Program-made: the position numbers and the translations under genes
Assembly (NCBI GenBank): GCA_046290825.1
Contig: JBKBTZ010000002.1
Location: forward strand, 2,426 to 66,425
Reading direction: 5' to 3'
DNA length: 64,000 nucleotides
From: Limisphaerales bacterium
GTDB taxonomy: Bacteria > Verrucomicrobiota > Verrucomicrobiia > Limisphaerales > DSYF01
The notes under the pieces: model-generated
The model's input: the letters and a program-made list of their open reading frames with translations, nothing else
The model's database searches: none
Told to the model about the DNA's origin: nothing
Shown here: positions 28,989-38,230 of the stretch, in pieces
How the letters are laid out: each line of letters starts with the position of its first letter
Numbering within the stretch: position 1 is the stretch's first letter

Positions 28989-29756
28989 TTACCGGCGTTT
29001 TCCCCCCAGGCAGCGCATCAACTCCCGCACGGCCAGTTTCCGGCTGGCCGCCCACTCCTCGCGGGCTTGTCGCAGCAACTCGCGCGGAGCGCGCACGGCG
29101 CGCAGGGCCTCCAGGACAACCTCAGAATTCTGGACCCCGCCCAGCGCCTCCTGCACCGCCACCAACGTCGCTACCGCCGGCCCGGCCCCGCGGGACTCGA
29201 GTTCGCGCAGGTAGCGCCAGCGACGGATTTTGCGGCGCAGGTCATGGAGCTGCGCGGTGGTAAGGCGGCGCGCCCGGCGGGCCTCGGCCCGGCAGTGTTT
29301 CTCCAGCGCGTCCCGCCAGCGGCGATGGCGGCGCGCGAGTTTGTCGGCGTCCACCCGGCCCGTTTTACGGATGCGACCCGGGCGCAAATCGGCGCGCAAT
29401 GTGGCGAGGGCTGTGTCGGCGCGGAGCGCATGGCGGACGCGTCGTTGATGCAGCCGGGCCAGCACGGAGGCGGGGGCATGCTGCGCGGCGACCCATTCGA
29501 GGGTCACGTCGAGGTCACGCACGGGCGCAAAGAGATCGAGCACCGCCCGGGCGGCAGCGCGGAAGGCCCGCCGCCGGGCGCGGTGCGGCGACTTGCCTGC
29601 GAGGGTGAGTAGGAGGCGGCAGCGGCGCAGGGCCACGCGCAGGTCATGCACGGCCTCGGCGTTGAGCGGGGCGGGGCGGCGGAGCAGTTTGGCCGCCATG
29701 GCGAGGTGCCGCCGCCACGAGCGCCGCCAGTTGTCGCGCAGTTGCTTTGCGTTCAT
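28989..29756 (-). CDS. CHAD domain protein (polyphosphate-binding family)
   Basis: AVHDLRVALRR, VRDLDV, LHDLRRKIRRWRYLRE, QEALGGVQN; Arg-rich; ATG at 29756. Confidence 0.85.
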   Translation of the reverse strand: MNAKQLRDNWRRSWRRHLAMAAKLLRRPAPLNAEAVHDLRVALRRCRLLLTLAGKSPHRARRRAFRAAARAVLDLFAPVRDLDVTLEWVAAQHAPASVLARLHQRRVRHALRADTALATLRADLRPGRIRKTGRVDADKLARRHRRWRDALEKHCRAEARRARRLTTAQLHDLRRKIRRWRYLRELESRGAGPAVATLVAVQEALGGVQNSEVVLEALRAVRAPRELLRQAREEWAASRKLAVRELMRCLGGKRR

Positions 29757-29822
29757 GCCGCGCCCCGACGCGAGCGCACCGGGAAAGTTGTGGCAGCCCC
29801 GCCGTTCTGCGCAATTGCCAAA

Positions 29823-29867
29823 TTGTAACAAACCCGTCCCGGGGCCGACACATCCCCCGGTCAGCTT
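29823..29867 (+). promoter_or_regulatory. Pho-box-like repeat plus -10 box of a predicted leaderless transcript
   Basis: TTGTAAC-N4-CCGTCCC-N4-CCGACAC-N10-CAGCTT-N6-ATG(29874). Confidence 0.6.
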
Positions 29868-29873
29868 CCGGCC

Positions 29874-30089
29874 ATGTTCAACCTTTCTTTGGGCGACATG
29901 ACGGGGCCGCGCCGGCTGGCGGCGGCGCTGGACGGTGTTGGGCGTGCGCGCGTCTCGGGGAACGCCGGACGGCCAACGGAGTTTCTCCTGCGCTGGCGAG
30001 AGCGGCAGCGGCGGGTGCGTGTGCTGGCCCTGGCCTCGGATCGGCCACCCGCCCGGCCCGTCCTTCGCCTGGGTGGAGGCCGCCCATGA
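29874..30089 (+). CDS. Putative 71-aa leader peptide
   Basis: Start falls at the predicted TSS; stop overlaps the next ATG (ATGA at 30086-30089); MFNLSL..RRLAAAL..SGN..PTEFL..RPPA. Confidence 0.55.
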   Translation: MFNLSLGDMTGPRRLAAALDGVGRARVSGNAGRPTEFLLRWRERQRRVRVLALASDRPPARPVLRLGGGRP

Positions 30090-30400
30090 AATCGTCGTTG
30101 CTATCCCGTCCCACGTGCCGCCCGGTTCGAAGCGGTTTCCGTCGGCTGCGTTGGGCCGGCCCGCCGGCGTCCGCCCGCCGCGCTCCGGGGCTGGAGTATT
30201 TGAAGTGCGAACTGCTGGCCCGCGCCCAGCGCGAGAACGCCGAGCCGCATCTGGCCGCCGCGCTGCGTGCCGCTGCCGAGGAGGCCGCCGACCTCGCGCA
30301 GGCCACCGGGTTGCCGCTCCTCGTTTTTCCCGCGCTCTTCGAGGAGCTGGGGCTCGCCGCCATGCTGCGCGCCGAATACCGCTGGCAGGGCCGTTTCTGA
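30086..30400 (+). CDS. Small hypothetical helical protein (104 aa)
   Basis: LKCELL...LRAAAEEAADLAQATGLPLLVFPALFEE; coupled to the upstream ORF; ends 7 nt before olsB. Confidence 0.65.
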   Translation: MKSSLLSRPTCRPVRSGFRRLRWAGPPASARRAPGLEYLKCELLARAQRENAEPHLAAALRAAAEEAADLAQATGLPLLVFPALFEELGLAAMLRAEYRWQGRF

Positions 30401-30407
30401 TTTGGCC

Positions 30408-31166
30408 ATGAACACCCTGCTTGACGCGCCCCGGCTGGTCACGAGCACGTCCGCCTACGCGGTCCGGTTGGCCGCCGATCCGGAGGAAATCCGCGCCGCG
30501 CAACGGCTGCGGTTCAACGTGTTCAACCTCGAACTCAACGAGGGCCTCGCCGGCTCCTTCGCCACCGGCGTGGACGCGGATGAGTTCGACGCCGTGTGCG
30601 ACCATCTCATCGTCACCGAGAACACGACCGGCGCAGTGGTGGGCACCTACCGGATGCAGACGGGCCGGATGGCGGCACAAGGGCGCGGCTTTTACAGCGC
30701 AGGCGAATTCGACCTGGCACCGTTCGAGCCGTTGCGTGGCGAACTGGTCGAACTGGGCCGCGCGTGCGTGGACCGCGCCCACCGCAATCTCGCCGTGCTG
30801 GGCCTGCTGTGGAAGGGGATTGCCGACTATGCGGCGGAGCGGGGTGGTCGTTATCTGATCGGCTGCAGTTCGCTCACCTCGCAGGATCCCGCCGTGGGGG
30901 CCACGGTGTATGCCGACCTGTGCCGGCGTCACCTCGCGCCACCGGCCTGGCGGACGCGTCCGTTGCCCCGGTGCGAATGTCCGCTGCGTGAACTGACGGA
31001 GGAGGCGGTCACGGTGCCCAAACTGTTGCGCGCCTATCTCAGTCTGGGGGCGAAAATCTGCGGCCCGCCCGCGCTCGACCGGCAGTTTGGCACGATTGAT
31101 TTTCTGACCCTGCTGGACCTGGCGGCCCTATCACCGCAGACCCGGGCACGTTTCTTCGGGCAATGA
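30408..31166 (+). CDS. olsB: GNAT family ornithine N-acyltransferase (OlsB-like)
   Basis: AAQRLRFNVF, DEFDAVCDHL, VGTYR, FYSAGEFDL, ELGRACV, YLIGCSS, PKLLRAYL..GAKICGPPALDRQFGTID. Confidence 0.85.
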   Translation: MNTLLDAPRLVTSTSAYAVRLAADPEEIRAAQRLRFNVFNLELNEGLAGSFATGVDADEFDAVCDHLIVTENTTGAVVGTYRMQTGRMAAQGRGFYSAGEFDLAPFEPLRGELVELGRACVDRAHRNLAVLGLLWKGIADYAAERGGRYLIGCSSLTSQDPAVGATVYADLCRRHLAPPAWRTRPLPRCECPLRELTEEAVTVPKLLRAYLSLGAKICGPPALDRQFGTIDFLTLLDLAALSPQTRARFFGQ

Positions 31167-31987
31167 GGAGTGCGTTGCGGCATCCCCTGCGGTGTGCGGG
31201 CCGTGGCCTCTGGCTGGGGGCGGAATTTTTCCGGGCCGCGCTCACGTGGTGGGGGCGGCGCACGCGGGGGCCGCTGTCCGTCAGCGACCGCGCGACGTGG
31301 TTGCAACACCACGCGCGCCGCGTGTTGCGGGTCTTGCAGGTGCGATTGCGCACGGACGGGCCGGTCCCCGGGCCGGGCTTTCTGGTGGCGAATCATCTGA
31401 GCTACCTCGACATCCTCGTCTTGGCGGCGGTGGCGCCGTGCGTCTTTGTCGCCAAGCGGGAGGTGCGGGGCTGGCCATTGTTCGGCTGGTTCGCCCGGAT
31501 GGCGGGGACGGTGTTTGTGGATCGCGAGCGGCGCACGGACGCGGGCCGAACGGTGGCAGCCATGCGGGCGTTGGCCGGGCCGGGCGTGACCGTGGTGCTG
31601 TTTCCGGAGGGCACCAGTTCCGACGGCCGCGCGGTGCTGCCCTTCAAATCCGCGCTGCTCGAGCCGCTGACCGGCGAGCCGGGGTGCGCGGTGGCGCATC
31701 TGCGTTACGCGCTCGCGGATGGCGACGCGGCCGTGGAGGTGTGTTACTGGCGGGACATGACATTGTTCCCGCATCTGGTGAATTTACTGGCCAAGGAGGA
31801 GGTGGTGGCGGAGGTCCGGTGCGGGCGGGTGCCCACGGCAGGTTGCGAACGGAAAACGCTCGCGCATGTCCTGCACCGCGCGGTGGCGGACCTCGGTGCG
31901 CCCGGGGCGGGGAGATCGAACGGCCCGGTTGGCGCTGACAGTCCGCCGGCCCGCCACCCCGCTGATTTTCAACCGGCCATTTCGTAG
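31163..31987 (+). CDS. olsA: PlsC-family acyltransferase (lyso-ornithine lipid acyltransferase, OlsA-like)
   Basis: NHLSYLD, FVAKREV, FPEGT; ATGA overlap with olsB. Confidence 0.78.
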   Translation: MRSALRHPLRCAGRGLWLGAEFFRAALTWWGRRTRGPLSVSDRATWLQHHARRVLRVLQVRLRTDGPVPGPGFLVANHLSYLDILVLAAVAPCVFVAKREVRGWPLFGWFARMAGTVFVDRERRTDAGRTVAAMRALAGPGVTVVLFPEGTSSDGRAVLPFKSALLEPLTGEPGCAVAHLRYALADGDAAVEVCYWRDMTLFPHLVNLLAKEEVVAEVRCGRVPTAGCERKTLAHVLHRAVADLGAPGAGRSNGPVGADSPPARHPADFQPAIS

Positions 31988-33321
31988 TCGTAGGGCGCGC
32001 GCATTGCGCGGGCGAGGTGCGCGTTGCCGGCCCCGGCATGTTCGCCGGTGAACACCTCTTTCACGGGATCAAACTCCAGCCTCTTCCCGGTGCGGAGAGC
32101 GGCGACGATGAGGTGGCCCACGCTGGCGGAGCGGTGGCCGGTCTCGACCGGACAGACGGGGTCTTTGCGGCTGCGCACGCAGGCGAAGAAGTTCTCCATG
32201 TGGTCGCGGCTGGATTCGAGTTTGAGCGCGTTGTCGGGCAGCGGGGTGAAAAGGATGTCCTCGTTGCTTGCTTCGAGGTCTCCGCGGTTGACCCAAAGCC
32301 AGCCGTCCGTGCCCTCGAACCGCACCCCATTGCGCTGGCCGTCAGGCTGGAGGATGGCTCCGTTCCAGGCGTCGGCCGTGGTGGTGCGGACGATTTGTTC
32401 GATGCCGCCGGCCCAGTGCAGCGTGGCCTCGAACTCCGGCGGGGTGGTGTAGCCGCCGGGGATCGGCTCGACCAGCGCGCGGGCCTCAACCCGCAGCGGC
32501 CCGTCCTGACCAATGGCCCAGCGCGCAATGTCGTTGTGGTGCGCGCCCCAGTCCGTGACCGGGCCTCCAGCATAGTCATACCACCAGCGGAAGCTGCCGT
32601 GGCAGCGTTCCCGCTGGTAATCTGCTTGCGGCGCCGGACCGAGCCAGAAATCCCAGTTCAACTCCGGTGGCACCTTCTGCGCCGCCGCAAACGGACCCTC
32701 CCGCAGCCCCGCCGGGACAAACACCTGCACCCGCTGGAGCCGGCCAATGCGGCCATTGCGGACCAGCTCGCACGCCAGGCGGAACCGGTGGCTGCTGCGC
32801 TGCTGGGTGCCGGTTTGCAGAACCACCCGGTTTTTGCGGACAGCCGCGATGATCCGCCGCCCCTCGTCAATCGAGTGGGTCAGCGGCTTCTCGGCGTAGA
32901 TGTCCTTTTTGGCGTTGGCCGCCGCCAGGTTGATCAGCGTGTGCCAGTGGTCCGGGGTGCCATTGATGATCACGTGGACATCGTCGCGTTCCATGACCCG
33001 GCGGAAATCCGCCAACGGATCCGGTGTTTTGCCGTCCACCGTCAGTTGCCGGGCGGCGGCTTCCCGGTGATTCCGGTCCACGTCGCACACAGCCACCACG
33101 TCGCCGAAGCGCGCGGCGGCGCGGGCGTCCGCGATGCCCATTCCGCCGCAGCCGATCAGCGCGATGCCGGGCCGGTCGTTGGGGCGGGGCCGGGCGGGGG
33201 CATCCTCCGCCCGCAACCGTTCCGTGAACCACCAGGGCAGGCTGGCGGCGGCAGTTACGCGCAAAAAGTGACGGCGGTTGATCCGAGGGGGAGAGGTGGA
33301 GGCGGCGGAGGCTTTTTTCAT
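31969..33321 (-). CDS. Tat-exported Gfo/Idh/MocA oxidoreductase
   Basis: NRRHFL Tat motif; IGCGGMG, TPDHWH, EKPL, GTQQRS, DWGAHHND. Confidence 0.92.
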   Translation of the reverse strand: MKKASAASTSPPRINRRHFLRVTAAASLPWWFTERLRAEDAPARPRPNDRPGIALIGCGGMGIADARAAARFGDVVAVCDVDRNHREAAARQLTVDGKTPDPLADFRRVMERDDVHVIINGTPDHWHTLINLAAANAKKDIYAEKPLTHSIDEGRRIIAAVRKNRVVLQTGTQQRSSHRFRLACELVRNGRIGRLQRVQVFVPAGLREGPFAAAQKVPPELNWDFWLGPAPQADYQRERCHGSFRWWYDYAGGPVTDWGAHHNDIARWAIGQDGPLRVEARALVEPIPGGYTTPPEFEATLHWAGGIEQIVRTTTADAWNGAILQPDGQRNGVRFEGTDGWLWVNRGDLEASNEDILFTPLPDNALKLESSRDHMENFFACVRSRKDPVCPVETGHRSASVGHLIVAALRTGKRLEFDPVKEVFTGEHAGAGNAHLARAMRAPYDYEMAG

Positions 33322-33532
33322 GGTGCGAACGGCCAATTAACGGCAGGGGTGGATGGGATATTCAATCCCGGATTCGCGGGATGACTTGGGTGGCCGCGCA
33401 GGTTTGGCGCGGAACCGGGCCGTTTCCGGCCGGCGACCGGCGTTTGGTCGGCCCGGCCTGGCGGGATGCACCCGGGTGGGAGCGGGCCGCAGCGGGGCGC
33501 AAAACGCAACCTGTTGCGCTGAATCTGGCGGA

Positions 33533-33560
33533 TTGACTTGAGGGTCTTGTTTGCTAGCTT
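33533..33560 (+). promoter_or_regulatory. Promoter of rplM-rpsI
   Basis: TTGACT-N16-TAGCTT with TG extended -10. Confidence 0.65.
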
Positions 33561-33575
33561 TGCCGCCCTTTGCGC

Positions 33576-34007
33576 ATGAAAACGTATTTGCCCAAGCATG
33601 ATCCCGACGCCCGGAAGTGGCAGGTTTTTGACGCCGATGGAGCCGTTTTGGGCCGGCTCGCCGTCAAGATTGCCGACGCCCTGCGCGGCAAGGACAAACC
33701 CACCTTCACCCCGCATCTTGACACGGGCGACTTCGTGGTCGTGATCAACGCGGAAAAAGTCCGGCTGACGGGCAAGAAGGAAACCGACAAGACTTACATG
33801 ACCTACTCCGGCTGGAAGGGCGGCGAGAAATACCGCACCGTGGAGCAGATCCGCGCCCGGCATCCCGAACGGCTCATCGTGCATGCCGTGAAGGGGATGA
33901 TCCCCAAGAACCGCCTCGGCCGCCGGTTGCTCACCAAGCTGAAGGTATATGCCGGCCCGACCCATCCGCACGCCGCCCAGCAGCCTGTCGTCCGTTCCGC
34001 CAAATAA
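33576..34007 (+). CDS. rplM: 50S ribosomal protein L13
   Basis: DADGAVLGRLA, GKDKPTFTPHLDTGD, LKVYAGPTHPHAAQ. Confidence 0.98.
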   Translation: MKTYLPKHDPDARKWQVFDADGAVLGRLAVKIADALRGKDKPTFTPHLDTGDFVVVINAEKVRLTGKKETDKTYMTYSGWKGGEKYRTVEQIRARHPERLIVHAVKGMIPKNRLGRRLLTKLKVYAGPTHPHAAQQPVVRSAK

Positions 34008-34028
34008 TCCTTTCAACACCTCCTCCGC

Positions 34029-34427
34029 ATGGCCGCCAAAGCAAATCAAATCTGGGGCACGGGTCGTCGCAAGACCTCCGTCGCCCGCGTCAAGCTCATG
34101 CCCGGCACGGGCAAGATCACCATCAACAAGCGCGCCTTCGACAATTACTTCCCGCTCGAAGTGCAGCGTGTCACCGCCACCCAGCCGCTCACGCTGACCG
34201 GCAACGCCGACAAGTTCGACGTGCTGGTGCTCGTGAAGGGCGGCGGCCCCATCAGCCAGGCCGGTGCCGTCCGCCTCGGCGTGGCCCGCGCCCTCCTGAA
34301 AGTGGACGCCAGCCTGCGCCCCGCGCTCAAGGCCGAGGGCCTGCTCACGCGCGACTCGCGCATGAAGGAGCGCAAGAAATACGGCCAGCCCGGCGCCCGC
34401 AAACGCTTCCAGTTCAGCAAGCGCTGA
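34029..34427 (+). CDS. rpsI: 30S ribosomal protein S9
   Basis: [31 protein letters not shown]. Confidence 0.98.
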   Translation: MAAKANQIWGTGRRKTSVARVKLMPGTGKITINKRAFDNYFPLEVQRVTATQPLTLTGNADKFDVLVLVKGGGPISQAGAVRLGVARALLKVDASLRPALKAEGLLTRDSRMKERKKYGQPGARKRFQFSKR

Positions 34428-34446
34428 TCGGTTCACGGATTCCCCC

Positions 34447-34474
34447 AACCCCGCCGGACCCGGCGGGGTTTTTT
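34447..34474 (+). terminator. Intrinsic terminator after rpsI
   Basis: aaccccgccgg-ac-ccggcggggtttttt. Confidence 0.85.
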
Positions 34475-34555
34475 GTTGCCGCGAGCCAAGCCCGCACGGA
34501 GGAAGATTGCAATTTGCCCCCGCTTGATTACTCCATCCCGCAACATTGGACTGAC

Positions 34556-35623
34556 ATGAAGAACCAAAAAGTCCGCGTCGCCATCGTCGGCGCTTCCGGC
34601 TATTCCGGCGAGGAACTCGTCCGGCTCCTGTTGGGTCACCCGCACGTCGAACTCACTGCCGTCACCTCGCGCCAGCAGGCGGGGCAGACGCTCGCGGCGG
34701 TGTTTCCGAAATTCGCCAGCCGCCCGCTGGCGCGCACGTTGCGGTTCACCGAGCCCAACGCCGAACTGCTCGCCAAGCAGGCGGAGGTCGTCTTCCTGGC
34801 GCTGCCCCACGGCGTCGCCGCCGAATACGCCGTGCCGCTGCTGAACCTTGGCTGCCGGGTGATTGACCTGAGCGCCGACTTCCGGCTGCGCAGCCCGGCC
34901 CGTTACAAGGAGTTTTACGCGCACGATCATCCCGCGCCGGAACTGCTGGGCAAAGCGGTTTATGGGCTGCCCGAGGTCTATCGCGAGCAGATCCGGAACA
35001 ACCCGCTCATCGCCTCGCCCGGTTGTTATCCGACCAGCATCCTGCTGCCCGTCATTCCGCTCTTGAAGGCGGGGCTGGTCCAGGCGCAGGGGATCATCGC
35101 CAACTCCCTGAGCGGGGTCAGCGGGGCGGGCCGCAAGGCGGAACTGGATTACCTGTTCTGCGAATGCAACGAGAGCGTCCGTCCCTACGGCGTGCCCAAG
35201 CACCGGCACCTCTCGGAAATCGAGGAGCAGCTTGGCTTCGCCGCCAATGCGCCGGTGACCATCCAGTTCACCCCGCACCTGATCCCGGTGAACCGCGGCA
35301 TTCTCACGACGTTGTATCTGACGCCCACCCGGCACTTCGCCACCGACGCCGAGGCGGCCGCGCTCGGCGCGCAAATCGCCGCGTGTTACCAGTCGGCCTT
35401 CGCCAATGAACCGTTTGTCCGGCTGCTCGAGGGCAAGGCGCTGCCCGACACCAAGAACGTCGTCGGCACGAACGTGATCGAAATCGCCTGGCGACTGGAC
35501 CCGCGCACGGGGCGGCTCCTGGTCATGAGCGCGGAGGACAATATTGTGAAGGGCGCCGGGGGCCAGGCGGTGCAGAGCATGAACATCGCGTGCGGCTTCC
35601 CGGAGACGGCGGGATTGATTTGA
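34556..35623 (+). CDS. argC: N-acetyl-gamma-glutamyl-phosphate reductase
   Basis: GASGYSG, FLALPHG, IDLSADFRL, PGCYPT, SGVSGAGR, DNIVKGAGGQAVQ. Confidence 0.96.
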   Translation: MKNQKVRVAIVGASGYSGEELVRLLLGHPHVELTAVTSRQQAGQTLAAVFPKFASRPLARTLRFTEPNAELLAKQAEVVFLALPHGVAAEYAVPLLNLGCRVIDLSADFRLRSPARYKEFYAHDHPAPELLGKAVYGLPEVYREQIRNNPLIASPGCYPTSILLPVIPLLKAGLVQAQGIIANSLSGVSGAGRKAELDYLFCECNESVRPYGVPKHRHLSEIEEQLGFAANAPVTIQFTPHLIPVNRGILTTLYLTPTRHFATDAEAAALGAQIAACYQSAFANEPFVRLLEGKALPDTKNVVGTNVIEIAWRLDPRTGRLLVMSAEDNIVKGAGGQAVQSMNIACGFPETAGLI

Positions 35624-35626
35624 GCG

Positions 35627-36175
35627 ATGTCCACCCCCGCCGCCAGCGGCATCAAGGCCTGGGCACCCGGCTACGCCGAAACCGCCTTTTGCTTCGAGCA
35701 ACGCTTCGAAACCCTCACCCGGCTGGTGGCGTGGAGTGGCGTGCCCACCCAGATCCGCCAGGCTTTTGACGCGCTTGTGGCGACCCTGCCTGACCCGCTC
35801 GAGGTGCTGCTCAAGGTCGAAGCCGGACGCGCGGAGGATGGGGAACCGTTGTGGTGGCGTTTCTCCGGCGTCAAACGCCGCGCCGCCTTCCAGGCGGGCG
35901 TGGTGGCAAATGAGTTCTTTGTCTTCTCCGACGGGGCGCACCAGTTGACCGTCAAGGACCCGGCCCGGGAACATTACTTCACGCTGGACGAACACGGCAT
36001 CTTCTTCGTCTATGCGCCAACGGCCATGCAACGGGAGGCGTTGGACCGGTTGGGTTTTGCCGCGCGGGAGGCGCCCCTGCTGCATGCGTGGCCCCATTAT
36101 CATCGGGTTTCCTCGAATCCGGCCCTGCGGGACCAGTTTATTCGCGAATTGGGGCTGTTGCGGCTGCGGACCTGA
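35627..36175 (+). CDS. Hypothetical protein
   Basis: Starts 3 nt after the argC stop; globular composition; no motif recognised. Confidence 0.65.
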   Translation: MSTPAASGIKAWAPGYAETAFCFEQRFETLTRLVAWSGVPTQIRQAFDALVATLPDPLEVLLKVEAGRAEDGEPLWWRFSGVKRRAAFQAGVVANEFFVFSDGAHQLTVKDPAREHYFTLDEHGIFFVYAPTAMQREALDRLGFAAREAPLLHAWPHYHRVSSNPALRDQFIRELGLLRLRT

Positions 36176-36232
36176 TGGGGACGCGCCCCCTTGTGCATCC
36201 CGGCAAAAAACCGGTCCGCTTCCGGAATCCGC

Positions 36233-36260
36233 TTGCCACCGCCCTGCTTGTGCCTATGCT
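36233..36260 (+). promoter_or_regulatory. Probable rpsA promoter followed by ~170-nt leader
   Basis: TTGCCA-N16-TATGCT. Confidence 0.5.
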
Positions 36261-36436
36261 CCCGGCTCGCCTGGACCCGCGTGGGCGGTGTCCGTGAGAG
36301 GCTGAGAAAAGCAGTTCAACCGAGCAACCTAACCTTCAACCTCCGTTGCCCCGCAACGTCGGTCCGTTAGGCAATGGAGCTTCAAGCCCCGCTTGCAAGT
36401 TCCCCGTTCGTCCGTTCCGCAGAAAGTTACGTCCCT

Positions 36437-38104
36437 ATGTTGACCATGGCCGAAGCCCTGGCGCAGAGCGAAAAACGCTTTGCGGCCGGTGAAATTGTCA
36501 AAGCAACCGTCATCGAAGTCCGCCCCAAGGAAGTCCTGGTGGACATCGGCTACAAATCCGAGGGCCTGATTCCCCTCAGCGAGTTCCTGGATCCCGAGTC
36601 CATCAAGCCCGGCATGGAGATTGATGTGCTCATTGAGAAGCTCGAAAACAAGGACGGCATGGTCGTCCTCTCCCACGAAAAGGCCGAGTTCAAGAAAAAC
36701 TGGGAGCGCATCCTCTCCATCTGCAACGAGGGCGGTCGCGTCTCCGGCAAGGTCAAGTCCGTCGTCAAAGGCGGCCTGGTGGTCCACATCGGCGTCGAGG
36801 CCTTCCTGCCCGCTTCGCAGATTGACATCACCACGCCCAAGAACCTGCAGGCCTACGTCGGCAACACCTACGATTTCAAGGTCGTCAAGATCAACCACGA
36901 CCGCCAGAATGTCGTCCTCAGCCGGCGCGAGCTCCTCGAGCAGGAGCGCAACGAGCGCCGCGCCAAGCTGCTCGCCGAAATGATGCCCGGCGACATCCGC
37001 AAGGGCAAAGTCAAGAACCTCACCGACTTTGGCGCGTTCATTGACCTCGACGGCATTGACGGGCTGCTCCACATCACCGACATGTCGTGGGGCCGCGTCG
37101 GCCACCCGTCTGAAGTGCTCAAGGTGGGGCAGGAACTGGACGTCGTCGTCCTCGACATCAACAAGGAGAAGGAGCGCGTCAGCCTCGGCCTCAAGCAAAA
37201 GATGGCCAACCCGTGGGACAGCATCGAGGCCAAGTTCCCCGTCGGCACCAAGGTCAAGGGCAAGGTGGTCAACCTCGTCCCCTACGGCGCCTTCGTCGAG
37301 ATCGAACCCGGGGTCGAGGGTCTCGTCCATGTCACCGAACTTTCCTGGACCAAGCGCATCGCCAAAGCTTCCGACGTCCTCTCCCAGGGCCAGGAAATCG
37401 AGGCCGTGGTGCTCGGCATCAACAAGGAGGAACAGAAGATCTCCCTCGGCGTCCGCCAGTTGGAATCCAATCCGTGGGATCTTGCCGACCAGAAATATCC
37501 GCCCGGCACGAAGATCAAGGGCAAGGTCCGCAACCTCACCAGCTACGGCGCCTTCGTCGAACTGGAGGAGGGGCTGGACGGCATGATTCACGTCTCCGAC
37601 ATCTCCTGGACCCGCAAGATCAACCACCCGAGCGAGGTCCTGAAAAAGGGCGACGAGGTCGAGGCCGTTGTGCTCGAAGTGGACAAGGCCAACCAGCGGA
37701 TTGCCATTGGCATGAAGCAGCTCACGCCCGATCCGTGGGAGCACATTGACCAGTATTACAAGGTCGGCGATCTCGTCACGGGCAAGGTCACCAAGCTGGC
37801 CAGCTTCGGCGCGTTCATCGGCCTGGCCAACGACATTGACGGCCTGGTTCACATCTCGCAGATCAGCGAGGAGCGCGTGGACAAGATCAAGAACGTGCTC
37901 AAGCCCGACCAGGAGGTCACCGCGCGCGTCATCAAGATTGACAAGGCCGAGCGCCGCATCGGTCTGTCCATCAAGGCCGCCAACTACAGCGACGAGCAGC
38001 TCAAGGAGGAGCAGAAGATGCTCGACGCGCTCAAGCCCGGTGAAGACCTCGTTGCCCTCCAGCACGCCTTTGACAGCCTCGAGGTGAAGGAAGACAACAA
38101 GTAG
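36437..38104 (+). CDS. rpsA: 30S ribosomal protein S1
   Basis: Six S1 repeats (VDIGYKSEG, FGAFIDL..DGLLHITDMSW, YGAFVE..GLVHV). Confidence 0.97.
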   Translation: MLTMAEALAQSEKRFAAGEIVKATVIEVRPKEVLVDIGYKSEGLIPLSEFLDPESIKPGMEIDVLIEKLENKDGMVVLSHEKAEFKKNWERILSICNEGGRVSGKVKSVVKGGLVVHIGVEAFLPASQIDITTPKNLQAYVGNTYDFKVVKINHDRQNVVLSRRELLEQERNERRAKLLAEMMPGDIRKGKVKNLTDFGAFIDLDGIDGLLHITDMSWGRVGHPSEVLKVGQELDVVVLDINKEKERVSLGLKQKMANPWDSIEAKFPVGTKVKGKVVNLVPYGAFVEIEPGVEGLVHVTELSWTKRIAKASDVLSQGQEIEAVVLGINKEEQKISLGVRQLESNPWDLADQKYPPGTKIKGKVRNLTSYGAFVELEEGLDGMIHVSDISWTRKINHPSEVLKKGDEVEAVVLEVDKANQRIAIGMKQLTPDPWEHIDQYYKVGDLVTGKVTKLASFGAFIGLANDIDGLVHISQISEERVDKIKNVLKPDQEVTARVIKIDKAERRIGLSIKAANYSDEQLKEEQKMLDALKPGEDLVALQHAFDSLEVKEDNK

Positions 38105-38129
38105 TCGTTTTACTTCCAGCGATTCCGCG

Positions 38130-38159
38130 CGGGCGGGCCGTCATCGGCCCGCCCGTTTT
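38130..38159 (+). terminator. Intrinsic terminator after rpsA
   Basis: cgggcgggccg-tcat-cggcccgcccg-tttt. Confidence 0.8.
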
Positions 38160-38230
38160 CCTTTTCCGGTTCCGGCCCGGAACATTCCAGGATGTCCTTT
38201 TGAAGCAGCCCGGGGTAAGAAATCCGCCGC

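Noticed and set aside
29757..30932. N-terminal extension making the CHAD ORF 647 aa
   Set aside because: It overlaps olsB and the small ORFs antisense; CHAD similarity starts only at ATG 29756.
36261..36436. Riboswitch or ncRNA in the rpsA leader
   Set aside because: A long leader is normal for rpsA and I could not identify a convincing conserved structure by eye.
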